Below are positions 49,333-61,273 of a DNA stretch of 64,000 bases, piece after piece. The stretch covers positions 1,157,488-1,221,487 of the forward strand of contig NZ_CP070608.1 of NCBI RefSeq assembly GCF_017068455.1. Reading direction: 5' to 3'. A program made the translations under genes and the position numbers. Position 1 is the first letter of the stretch; the number at the start of each line of letters is the position of its first letter. The notes under the pieces were generated by a model, which ran no database searches, had not been told where the DNA came from, and saw nothing but the letters and a program-made list of their open reading frames with translations. This DNA comes from Fulvivirga lutea (GTDB taxonomy: Bacteria > Bacteroidota > Bacteroidia > Cytophagales > Cyclobacteriaceae).

Positions 49333-49366
49333 AAAAAACCCTGACGGTTATCGTCAGGGTTTTTTA
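49333..49366 (-). terminator. bidirectional rho-independent terminator (AAAAAA-CCCTGACG-GTTAT-CGTCAGGG-TTTTTT) downstream of nqrF
   Basis: Seen directly; it lies 13 bp after the nqrF stop. Confidence 0.8.
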
Positions 49367-49378
49367 ATCTTTTATCGG

Positions 49379-50683
49379 TTAACCTCCGAAGTCATCGAAT
49401 CGGATGTTTTCTGGTGGAATACCCATCTCATCCAACATCTTCAATACCGCAGCGTTCATCAAAGGAGGTCCGCATAGGTAGTATTCTACTTCTTCAGGCT
49501 CCGGATGATCTTTTAAATAATTGTCATAAAGAGCTTGGTGAATGAAACCGGTGTAGCCATCAGCCTCTCTATCATCCAGTGATTTTTTTATTTTCCAATT
49601 ATCTTCTTCCAAAGGCTCAGACAGAGCTATGTTGAATTGGAAGTTAGGGAATTCATCTTCAATTTTTCTGAAGTGATTTGTATAGAATAATTCTTTTTTA
49701 GAACGTCCACCATACCAGTAAGAAACTTTTCTATCAGTTTTTTCTGTATGGAAAAGGTGGAAAATCTGTGCTCTTAGCGGAGCCATACCAGCACCACCAC
49801 CAATGTAGATCATTTCTCTATCAGTGTAGTTAATAGCAAACTCACCGTAAGGGCCAGAGATTGTAACTTTATCACCCGGTTTTCTAGAGAATACATAAGA
49901 AGAACAAATACCAGGGTTTACATCCATCCATTTGCCTGCATCTCTATCCCATGGTGGAGTAGCAATACGGATATTCAACATAACAATGTTTCCTTCAGCA
50001 GGGTGGTTAGCCATTGAATATGCTCTAAAGATTGGCTCATCATTCTTCATGGTTAAATCCCATAAGTTGAAGTTATCCCAATCTTCTTTGTATTTATCAT
50101 CCGGGTGCCCAAGCTCAGGTTTAGGAGTAATGTCCATTGTTTTGAAATCTACCTCAATAGCAGGTACATCGATCTGAACGTAACCACCTGCTTCGAAATC
50201 TAATGTTTCGCCTTCAGGTAACTTCATCACAAATTCCTTAATGAAGGTAGAAACGTTGTAGTTAGATACCACTTCGCATTCCCATTTCTTAATTCCGAAA
50301 ATTTCTTCAGGAATTCTGATGTTCATGTCTTGCTTTACTTTTACCTGGCAAGAAAGACGCACATTTTCTTTTTGCTCTGCTCTGCTTAAATGTCCAACTT
50401 CAGTAGGTAGTACATCTCCACCGCCATCTTCAACCACGCACTTGCACATAGCACAAGTACCGCCACCGCCACAAGCTGATGGTAAGAATATCTTCTGTGC
50501 TGAAAGTGTAGAAAGCAAGGTCGAGCCTGCAGAAGTTGTTATAGGATTATCAGTATCGCCATTTATAACAATGTTTACCGGACCCGTTTGCACAAGTTTA
50601 GATTGCGCAAACAGCAGGATTAAAACAAGTAAAAGAATGATTGCTGTAAATGCGACAATTGAGGTTATAATTACCGTAGTCAT
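49379..50683 (-). CDS. nqrF: Na(+)-translocating NADH-quinone reductase subunit F
   Basis: 434 aa; N-terminal TM, 2Fe-2S ferredoxin motif [20 protein letters not shown] domain. The N-terminus closely follows the Vibrio NqrF pattern. No nqrA-E genes are adjacent. Confidence 0.85.
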   Translation of the reverse strand: MTTVIITSIVAFTAIILLLVLILLFAQSKLVQTGPVNIVINGDTDNPITTSAGSTLLSTLSAQKIFLPSACGGGGTCAMCKCVVEDGGGDVLPTEVGHLSRAEQKENVRLSCQVKVKQDMNIRIPEEIFGIKKWECEVVSNYNVSTFIKEFVMKLPEGETLDFEAGGYVQIDVPAIEVDFKTMDITPKPELGHPDDKYKEDWDNFNLWDLTMKNDEPIFRAYSMANHPAEGNIVMLNIRIATPPWDRDAGKWMDVNPGICSSYVFSRKPGDKVTISGPYGEFAINYTDREMIYIGGGAGMAPLRAQIFHLFHTEKTDRKVSYWYGGRSKKELFYTNHFRKIEDEFPNFQFNIALSEPLEEDNWKIKKSLDDREADGYTGFIHQALYDNYLKDHPEPEEVEYYLCGPPLMNAAVLKMLDEMGIPPENIRFDDFGG

Positions 50684-50818
50684 ATGAATTTGATGATTTC
50701 TTTCTAATTAAATCTTCGCTAAATAGGACTACAAATATATTGAGGAAATGTTTAAAACTATAATTGTAAAGATTTAAAATTCAAAGAATAAACACATCCC
50801 CAAATCCCTTTCAACCAC

Positions 50819-52017
50819 CTACACTGCATAGCTGTAAGAAGTACTCAATAGCGCCTTTTTAATCGCATTTTCACTAAATACACCTACGGATAAGTCATCA
50901 AAACTTTTTAATGATTTCAATTTACTTGGCGATATTTTTCCGATAACATAGCTATCTCCTTTGGTAAGATTGTGTTCAATAACCTGATCAAATAGCTTTA
51001 CTATGAAATTACTATGCTCGTACTTAATAAATACAGTGAATACGTCATCACTCAAACTAGCCAATGATTCCTTATACTCATATCGAAATCCTTTACTCAA
51101 ATTTTTCAAATCATTGTAGACGGCCAATCCGGTTGGAAGTTTACCAGCACCTTTGCCTACCAATAATTGATTACCTGAATATTCAGTTTTTATGGTTACT
51201 GAATTGAATTCATTTTCAATGCTAAACTCCTCGTCTGCTTCACTCACTAAATGTGGAACAACCATAGCAGACAACTGACCATTTTTAATGGCACTGCGGG
51301 CAATCAGCTTCACTTTTAATCCATTGGCTTTGGCATAATCTAGCAGCGTTGTGGAAAGTTGATCGATACCAAATCTAATCACATGGTTAGGGTTAAAAGA
51401 AATACCAAAGGCATGCTTTATTAAAATGGCCAACTTGTAAGAGGGATCAAAACCGCCAACATCTAACGTTGGGTCAGTTTCCGCAAAACCCAGTTCCTGT
51501 GCGGATTTTAAGGCCGATTCATAACTCAGGTTCTCATTGAGCACCTTCGATAAAATATAGTTAGTGGAGCCATTGAAAATACCTCTAATTTCTTTGATAT
51601 GATCATTTTGGTAATAATTTTCAAGAGTTTGTAGAATAGGAACGCTACCACAAACTGCGCCTTCATACAAAAATGGTACATTATATTTTTCCTGGAACTC
51701 ATTGAGTTCTTCAAGATGAGCTGCTATCATCTTTTTATTAGCAGAAATAACTGGAATTTCTCTAACTAATGCTCTTTTTACAAGCTCAAAAGCTTTCTCA
51801 GCATCGTCAATCAGTTCAACGATTAAGTTGATGTCACCATCGTTGAAAATGTCTTCAGCATCTACTGAAAATAATTCTTTTGGAGCTGATCTCGGCTTAT
51901 TTTCATTCTTGACCACTATTTTCTTTATATGAAAGTTAGGGTCATTTTTATCTGTTAAGATTTCATGGAAACCTTGCCCCACACATCCAAAACCAAACAG
52001 ACCTATATTTATCTTTG

Positions 52018-52021
<4 letters not shown>
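50819..52021 (-). CDS. hom: homoserine dehydrogenase
   Basis: 400 aa; Rossmann INIGLFGFGCVGQG; it is in an operon with metX/metY and overlaps metX by 4 bp. Confidence 0.75.
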
Positions 52022-54807
<2,786 letters not shown>

Positions 54808-54892
54808 TTTTTCTCGTAATTAATAATGTTGTAAATGTGATTTTGGGAGGGTGAGGATTTGGATTGGATGTGCTATCTCCTTTTGATGAAAT

Positions 54893-54988
54893 TGTCATTC
54901 TGAATTGATTTCAAAATCTGATTCCATCATTTGTCGAGACCCTGAATCCCCGCCTGAATGGTACGGGCAGGAAGTTCAGGGTGACAGT
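54893..54988. repeat. MITE-like intergenic repeat, copy A (TTGTCATTC ... GAGACCCTGAATC ... TTCAGGGTGACAGT)
   Basis: It shares three ordered blocks with copy B at 60186-60269; copy A carries an extra 24-bp insert (CCCGCCTGAATGGTACGGGCAGGA). Confidence 0.6.
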
Positions 54989-55175
54989 AAAAAAGAAAGA
55001 AAACTAATCGAAATTCACCCAAAGGCGAAGGTTGCTGTGACTAACAACAGCGCGCCATGCTGTTACAGCAACAGCAACACGACATTGAATAAGGAGATTG
55101 CATCAAAGAGTTGAGACTTCTTTGAAATGTGGCAAGTAATCCTGTTTGGTGTTGAATTGATCTTTTCATTGTTAT

Positions 55176-55306
55176 CAATTTATATTCTCCCTTGTCGGCC
55201 ACTCGGCAAACATTCTTGGGATCAGGATTTAGCACCTTTCTACTTTTGGTTTCGATGGTTGCTAGCGCTTCTTTGAGCCTGTCTCTCCACGCTTCTTTAT
55301 AAATCG
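55176..55306 (-). ncRNA. candidate SAM-I (S-box) riboswitch aptamer in the leader of the osmC-metY-metX-hom operon
   Basis: The minus-strand RNA reads AUUUAUAAAGAAGCGUGGAGAGACAGGCUCAAAGAAGCGCUAGCAACC...GGUGCUAAAUCCUG...GAAUAUAAAU. The S-box consensus is AUCaAGAGnGG..GAGGGAcuGGCCC..GAA.CCCgGCAACC ... GGUGCcAAuUCC. P1 is AUUUAUA/UAUAAAU. The genomic context is methionine biosynthesis. Confidence 0.5.
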
Positions 55307-55487
55307 ATTTACTCAGATGAGCTTATCGAATTGATGGTGTAAACGTAGTTACGGAATTTTAGGTTTCCAAATTTTTTTTAATTGAAAGTTTTAAGTTCAA
55401 AGTTCTAATAATTGTAAAATTCTGATTTTGAGATAGTTGTACTGGAAATAATTTAATTGTTATGGGTGAGCGCTTGTTGAGAGCCGT

Positions 55488-56159
55488 TTATTCCTCAGTT
55501 TTTGGATCAAATGTTACAGGAATTACCAAACGAGTTCTTACCGGTTTTCCTCTTTGTTCAGCAGGGCTGAAGGGGAAGTTCAGATTCTTTAAAGCGTTTA
55601 AGGTAGCCTGATCCGCAAGTTCATTGTAGCCCCTTACGATTTTGAATTCGTCCATTTGACCTAGAGTGTCAACTGTGAATTGGATAAAGACTCTACCTTT
55701 CTCTTTAAGTTCGGCTGGATATTTTACCGCTTTAGAAATTGCTTCGAAGAATTTGGGATATCCGCCAATTGGTTCGGCTTGAGTTTCCACAATGATTCCG
55801 AGAAATGGGATGTCATTATCTTCGAATTCGGTTTGTATTAGTGAGTCAATTGCATATTCGAGCTCCAAACTATCTAGTTCTTTGGTTTGAGCGTTAATGT
55901 TAATCGAAGTGGCAGTTGCAATAAATGTAGCAGCAGCGTATTTCAAAAACCTGTGACTCAACTGAGACCGCTTAAAAACTCCACATATTGGGTTTAATGA
56001 CTTTGAAATTATCCGTTGGATTTCTTCATCAGATTTATTCCTAAAGTCAATAAGTTCTTTCGAGCATTTGTTGCAGTTGAATCCGTCCATGGTTGGTTCC
56101 ATAGAGTTGAGATTCTCTGGACAACTGAATTCCAGGTTGATATTTTTTTTCACGCTCAT
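55488..56159 (-). CDS. TonB C-terminal domain protein with a Cys-rich (CxxC...CxxC) N-terminus
   Basis: 223 aa; the N-terminus FSCPENL...FNCNKCSKEL suggests a zinc ribbon. There is a central TM (AAATFIATATS), and the C-terminus GGYPKFFEAISKAVKYP...GRVFIQFTVD...GKPV matches TonB_C. Confidence 0.6.
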   Translation of the reverse strand: MSVKKNINLEFSCPENLNSMEPTMDGFNCNKCSKELIDFRNKSDEEIQRIISKSLNPICGVFKRSQLSHRFLKYAAATFIATATSININAQTKELDSLELEYAIDSLIQTEFEDNDIPFLGIIVETQAEPIGGYPKFFEAISKAVKYPAELKEKGRVFIQFTVDTLGQMDEFKIVRGYNELADQATLNALKNLNFPFSPAEQRGKPVRTRLVIPVTFDPKTEE

Positions 56160-56205
56160 CCAGTAACGGCTTTCAACAGTGAATATAGAACATTGAACTA
56201 ATAAA

Positions 56206-58995
56206 CTATTCCTTCACCAACTCTAACCCTTTATTAATTCCCACTTCCGTAGCAGGAATACCTTCAGCCATCCATTGCGGCATGGGTTTGTCCATTAAAT
56301 AATGATCGAAAAACTGGTTCATACGAATGTTAAAATCACGTTTGTTTTCCCATTTGGTTGGCCAGTGCGGTTCGCCTTTATAATTCAACATCCAAACCGG
56401 TTTGTTCAATCTTCTTAGCGCTACATAATATTCAATGCCCTGATACCATGGCACATGACCGTCTGCATCGTTGTGTAACAATAGCAATGGGGTATTTACC
56501 TTATCAGCATAGAAAATGGGTGAATTCTCAATGTATAGGTCTGGCTTTTCCCAAAGTGTGGCACCTATTCGGCTCTGGCCATGTTCGTATTGGAACATTC
56601 GGCTTAAGCCTGTCCACCACCTGATGCCACCATACGCACTGATCATATTCGACACCACCGCACCTGCTTCTGCACAGGCAAACATATCCGTTTGAGTTAT
56701 GATATAAGATATCTGATATCCACCCCAACTATGACCTTGCAAGCCAATTTTGTCTTCATCTACATAACCCTGATCTATCATGTACTTGGTGCCTGATACT
56801 ACGCAATTAAGAGCGCTTTTTCCCGGGTTACCAACCTCGTAACGCACATCAGGATTAAAGACTACATAGCCTCTGTTAGCATAGAAGGCAGCGTTTACCG
56901 TAGATCGGTGAGGAAATACACCCCAATGATCATGCAAATCATCAGAGCTTAATCGATAGAAGTTAACAATCATCGGGTATTTCTTATTTGGATCGAAATT
57001 AGCCGGCTTATAAACTAAGCCTTGTAATGGTAAACTATCCGGAGTTGTCCAGCTAACGAGTTCCACCGTACCCCATGCGTAGTCCTTCTGCTGAGGATTG
57101 GCATCACTAATTTGGATGGGTTTTTTAAATGATAAATTAGTAGCTCTAACATCATAAAATGTTTGATGATTGCCCATTTGGTAAGTAAGCGTTTCAGCAT
57201 TCTTTGCCTTTTTTAGGTTGGTGAATTTGGCTGCTTTTTGAATGGCTTGCTTTGGTGCTTCAAAGTTTTTCATAATGGCATAACCTTCATCTTTTGTGCT
57301 TTCGTTGAATGTATGAAGTACCATAGTTGATGGGTCGATGGCAGCCTCGTCTTTATCTAAATCTTCAAATCGATATTCAATTTGGTTTGATCGTCCGTTC
57401 GTAATATTAACTGGATGAGCATTACTTTGAGGGTCTAGTTTCCAAATATCAAATCTGTCGTACACCAGGAAATGTTGATCACCTTTTGTCCAGCCAGCAG
57501 CTCCATATTGATCAGGATAATTTGGGTAGTCATTCTCTTCATCAGCCAAAGTCACTGGGATGTCTTTTGTAAGCACAAATGACTTACCCGATTCATTGTG
57601 GTAACTGTTCCATGTAGTATCGGCAGCATTAAACCAATACAAGTAATTACCTTCTGCAGATAACCCAGGTTCACCCAGAAGATCTTTTTTAGCTAATGTA
57701 GCTTTTCCAGTGGCCACATCGATCGAATAGATATCATAGCGCAACGGAAAACCATCCCATGAAATGTTTTTCAAATAAGGCAAATATGATGAGCCCAACG
57801 CATATTCCGACTCGCCATGGTTAGCGATACTTACGTCAGGAATTTCTTTGCTTCCTAATTGGATAATTTTCTCACCTAGTGTATCAAAATAGGCCAGGTA
57901 TGATTTCTTTTTATCATCATCCAACTCCATATTTTGCTGTGTATGTAACCTTGAGTTTTTGTAGTTCCAAACTTCTACCTGTATGATTTCTTCGGGCAGT
58001 AAAGTAGTGTCCTGAACAGCAGGTGCCGGGGCTGTGCCGAAAAACAGTCGGCTACCACTTTCAGAAAAATTTAATTTGCCATGTTCACTCACGAGCCAGT
58101 CTGAAGGGATGCCTTCCGTGCCTTTTTTGGCAATAACCATAGCGGAATCTTTACCCATATTCCAATGGCGCAATTCAAAATCCCTAATCAAGGCTTTGGT
58201 TGTATCCAAATCAGATAAAAAAGCTACTTGCAAACCATCTTCTGCAATCGCTAATTGCTTGTATTTTCCTTTAGTTCTGCATAATGGTCGGCTCGTTTTA
58301 TTGGCAAAATCGTAGTAATACACACCTTCCAATATGGTTGAGTCTTTGCCCGATGTATGGTAGATAAAGTTATTGCTGCGCTTGGCTAATTGGTGGTCTG
58401 TAATATATTCAAGTGTATCCCGAGTGCCTGAGTTAAGGCTTCTTATAACCAGATGAAAGCCATTGTCTTTACTAACTGCTTTGGAAGGCTTTGGCTCTTC
58501 TTTCTTTTTCGTGGTATCTGATTTATCATCTTTTGCGGGTAATTCTTGCTCCAGGTAATAGGCTAGCATTCCAGTCGATTCTTTTGGTAAATCAAAACCT
58601 CTTACCCGAGCTATTTTAGTTAGCTCTTTTTTAGCCACATCATAAATTCCGAGGGAATCTTTCGGCATTTTATCTTCATCCGTTTTCTTTCTTCGCAGTT
58701 CGATAACGTCAGCATGCTGCGGCTTTATTTTGAAAACTACATACTTGGAATCCCATGAGATTTTGGCTCCTTCACCACGGGGTACATCTAGTAAATTTTT
58801 GCCATTAGGTGAAGTAATATGTAAAGAGCCATCGCCTTTTCCAGGTTGTAATTCGTAAACTATCAATTCACCATCCGGACTGATCTGTGAAGAGTTTATT
58901 TGATTCCAGCGATCGAAATCATCGTGAGTTAATGTTTTGTTTTGTGCAACTGCATTGAATGACCAAATAAGGAGTCCTGCAACAAGAAATCTCAT
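56206..58995 (-). CDS. S9 (prolyl oligopeptidase-family) serine peptidase with an N-terminal beta-propeller region
   Basis: 929 aa; signal peptide; the catalytic block GLQGHSWGGYQ (GxSxGG), with Asp and His downstream (HNDADGHVP). Confidence 0.8.
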   Translation of the reverse strand: MRFLVAGLLIWSFNAVAQNKTLTHDDFDRWNQINSSQISPDGELIVYELQPGKGDGSLHITSPNGKNLLDVPRGEGAKISWDSKYVVFKIKPQHADVIELRRKKTDEDKMPKDSLGIYDVAKKELTKIARVRGFDLPKESTGMLAYYLEQELPAKDDKSDTTKKKEEPKPSKAVSKDNGFHLVIRSLNSGTRDTLEYITDHQLAKRSNNFIYHTSGKDSTILEGVYYYDFANKTSRPLCRTKGKYKQLAIAEDGLQVAFLSDLDTTKALIRDFELRHWNMGKDSAMVIAKKGTEGIPSDWLVSEHGKLNFSESGSRLFFGTAPAPAVQDTTLLPEEIIQVEVWNYKNSRLHTQQNMELDDDKKKSYLAYFDTLGEKIIQLGSKEIPDVSIANHGESEYALGSSYLPYLKNISWDGFPLRYDIYSIDVATGKATLAKKDLLGEPGLSAEGNYLYWFNAADTTWNSYHNESGKSFVLTKDIPVTLADEENDYPNYPDQYGAAGWTKGDQHFLVYDRFDIWKLDPQSNAHPVNITNGRSNQIEYRFEDLDKDEAAIDPSTMVLHTFNESTKDEGYAIMKNFEAPKQAIQKAAKFTNLKKAKNAETLTYQMGNHQTFYDVRATNLSFKKPIQISDANPQQKDYAWGTVELVSWTTPDSLPLQGLVYKPANFDPNKKYPMIVNFYRLSSDDLHDHWGVFPHRSTVNAAFYANRGYVVFNPDVRYEVGNPGKSALNCVVSGTKYMIDQGYVDEDKIGLQGHSWGGYQISYIITQTDMFACAEAGAVVSNMISAYGGIRWWTGLSRMFQYEHGQSRIGATLWEKPDLYIENSPIFYADKVNTPLLLLHNDADGHVPWYQGIEYYVALRRLNKPVWMLNYKGEPHWPTKWENKRDFNIRMNQFFDHYLMDKPMPQWMAEGIPATEVGINKGLELVKE

Positions 58996-59161
58996 AGTTC
59001 AAATTTTTAGAATGGTGAAACTACAAGAGGTGATTAAAAATTGCAAAACTAATGTGTTGGTTTAGTCATCCCGAAAGAATTGAGGGACCTTACTAAGTTA
59101 GTATCGACAAAATCATTTAGTAAGATGTCTCCTGTTGTCGACATGACGTCCTAAAATATGA

Positions 59162-60139
59162 TTAAATCAATGCCCGCCAAGTGCCTTTGAGGCGATTGTA
59201 TTTGATAGTACTCGGCAAAGCCTTCCAAAAGTATTTGTTCATTTCAACTGCAAAAGAAGGCTGCATGTAGCAGTTGATAGTACAACCTTCGCATTCGGGG
59301 AGTTTGCCTTCCAAAGCCACCAACTTTTGAACTTCTTCAGAACTATAAAGTTCAGCCAGGTTGTTCTCAATTTTAAAAGCCTTTAAACCAAGGTGATAGC
59401 ATGGCAGTACCAATTCATTTTCCGGGGAAATAACTATGGTACTGCTGGCTGCTTTACAAATCGGATTTGTTACGTGATTACCACCATCTTTTCTCAATGT
59501 AATGAATGCCTCATTGAGGTAAACATTCTTCTTTTTTCCCCAATTTGATAATTTCTCTAGTGTACCCTCACTCAAAGATTGACCGGTTTCTACATCATTA
59601 TAATCAAACACAGGATTGAGAATGAGAACCAGGTTATTGGGTTCGCATATGTTCTTATAAACTGTTTCTATCTGATCCACATTCTCTTCAAAAACAGTAA
59701 AAAGAATATCTGGCCTTTCACCTAAATCTTTTGCTATTCGAATAGACTCCATCACATGTTCGAAGCAATCCACTCCGCGGGAATTATTATGTTCTTCCTT
59801 GTGAGGTGAATCAAGCGAAAAATGCAGCATATCCACTAATCCTTTTAGCCTTGCTGCCCATTTTGGATATAGGAGGCCGTTGGTAGTGAGTGTTGTAATA
59901 AACCCTTTTTCTTTGGCCAATTTTAGGAGTTGATCGATCTCCCGATGTAATAACGGTTCTCCACCAGTCAGGTCGATAACTTTTACTCCAAGTTTTTTCA
60001 GGTGAGTTAGATTCTCTTCAAAATTATCTAGTGTAATGTACGGAGAAGGTTTCTCCCAGATATCGCAAAAGCCACATTTGGCATTACAGCGATAGGTAAC
60101 ATAGTAGTTGCAAAGTACAGGATGGGAAACTAACCGCAT
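59162..60139 (-). CDS. radical SAM enzyme with a C-terminal SPASM/twitch-like Cys cluster
   Basis: 325 aa; CxxxCxxC as YRCNAKCGFCDIW, then GGEPLL and TTNG. C-terminal Cys: NPICKAASSTIVISPENELVLPCYH and PECEGCTINCY. Confidence 0.75.
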   Translation of the reverse strand: MRLVSHPVLCNYYVTYRCNAKCGFCDIWEKPSPYITLDNFEENLTHLKKLGVKVIDLTGGEPLLHREIDQLLKLAKEKGFITTLTTNGLLYPKWAARLKGLVDMLHFSLDSPHKEEHNNSRGVDCFEHVMESIRIAKDLGERPDILFTVFEENVDQIETVYKNICEPNNLVLILNPVFDYNDVETGQSLSEGTLEKLSNWGKKKNVYLNEAFITLRKDGGNHVTNPICKAASSTIVISPENELVLPCYHLGLKAFKIENNLAELYSSEEVQKLVALEGKLPECEGCTINCYMQPSFAVEMNKYFWKALPSTIKYNRLKGTWRALI

Positions 60140-60161
60140 GGGTTAAAGGTAGGAATAGAAA

Positions 60162-60290
60162 AGCAAAAAGCCTTTTCAAAAACCCTTGTCATTCCAAACT
60201 TGATTTGGAATCTCATTCTTCCGAGGTAGTCAAATCTAAGAGACCCTGAATCAAGTTCAGGGTGACAGTTACATTTTGAAAAGGCTTTTT
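60162..60290. mobile_element. MITE-like element, copy B, bounded by 17-bp terminal inverted repeats (AAAAAGCCTTTTCAAAA ... TTTTGAAAAGGCTTTTT)
   Basis: Seen directly. The core at 60186-60269 matches copy A and contains the hairpin TTCCAAA-CTTGA-TTTGGAA and the stem GACCCTGAATC/AAGTTCAGGGTGAC. It lies between fabG (3') and the radical SAM gene (5'). Confidence 0.55.
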
Positions 60291-60295
60291 AAATT

Positions 60296-61042
60296 TTAAG
60301 TCAACATGCCACCATCAACCTGAATAGTTTGGCCGGTGATGTAAGCAGACATGTCAGAACCTAAGAAAACACACGCATTAGCAACATCTTCTGGGCTACC
60401 ACCTCTTTTTAATGGAATAGCATCTCTCCAGCCTTGAACAGTTTTCTCATCCAATACTTCTGTCATTTCAGTTTCAATAAAACCAGGAGCGATGGCATTT
60501 GAACGAATACCTCGAGAACCTAATTCTAACGCCACTGACTTAGTAAAGCCTAAAATACCAGCTTTAGAAGCCGCGTAATTTGCCTGACCGGCATTACCTT
60601 TCAGGCCTACTACTGAAGTCATGTTGATGATAGAACCACCTCTTTGCTTCATCATGGTTTTGGTAGCCGCTTTCACGGTGTTGAAACAAGATTTTAAGTT
60701 GATGTTGATTACATCATCCCAGTCAGCTTCATTTAATCTTAGTAAAAGATTGTCTTTAGTGATACCTGCATTGTTCACCAAAATATCTAAAGAACCAAAG
60801 TCAGCAACTACATTATCAATTAATTCTTGTGCAGCATTAAAGTCAGAAGCATCACTTCTATACCCTTTAGCTTTAATACCAGCAGAAGCAAGCTCTTGCT
60901 CTAAAGCCTGACCTTTTTCTACGCTTGATAAATATGTGAACGCTACATTTGCTCCTTGTTCAGCAAATTTTTGTGCGATAGATCTTCCTATTCCTTTTGA
61001 TGCACCAGTAATCAGGGCAGTTTTTCCTTCTAGTAATTTCAT
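60296..61042 (-). CDS. fabG: 3-oxoacyl-[acyl-carrier-protein] reductase
   Basis: 248 aa; TGASKGIGRSIA, NNAG, and the catalytic YAASKAG. Confidence 0.9.
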   Translation of the reverse strand: MKLLEGKTALITGASKGIGRSIAQKFAEQGANVAFTYLSSVEKGQALEQELASAGIKAKGYRSDASDFNAAQELIDNVVADFGSLDILVNNAGITKDNLLLRLNEADWDDVININLKSCFNTVKAATKTMMKQRGGSIINMTSVVGLKGNAGQANYAASKAGILGFTKSVALELGSRGIRSNAIAPGFIETEMTEVLDEKTVQGWRDAIPLKRGGSPEDVANACVFLGSDMSAYITGQTIQVDGGMLT

Positions 61043-61273
61043 ATGTTAAATGATTTGAACCCCCAAAGAAAATAAAACTATTGGCTACGGCAAAGTATTT
61101 CTTTTCGTCATCGCGGTCCGCCATCTGGCTAAGAAGCGATCTTATCCTATTAATCAGACCCCTTCGAATCGTATTCGTTTGTGGTGACGTAATTGTTAAT
61201 TGGTTTTTTTCTAAACCCATTTACATTAAATTTGCCATCCCATAAATCAAGAACATAATAAACAAGATATAAC

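Noticed and set aside
54905-55235. ORFs 54905..55114 (+) and 55041..55235 (-)
   Set aside because: They overlap MITE-like copy A and the candidate SAM-riboswitch aptamer. The CCCCC/poly-Cys translation is produced by the repeat's GC-rich hairpin.
59049-59144. 31-codon minus-strand ORF downstream of the radical SAM gene, as a possible precursor peptide
   Set aside because: It is not rejected outright but is kept only as a low-confidence note inside a finding. It coincides with nested terminator-like hairpins, has no obvious RBS, and is below the ORF-track length cutoff.
61100-61190. tRNA-like TTCGAATC (T-loop-like) sequence in the fabG/lpd intergenic region
   Set aside because: I could not fold a cloverleaf (no acceptor stem or anticodon arm). 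It is most likely a chance match.
60960-61220. 86-aa ORF on the minus strand overlapping the fabG start
   Set aside because: It shares 83 bp with the fabG 5' end and has no motif. The region 61043-61273 is more likely the fabG promoter/leader.
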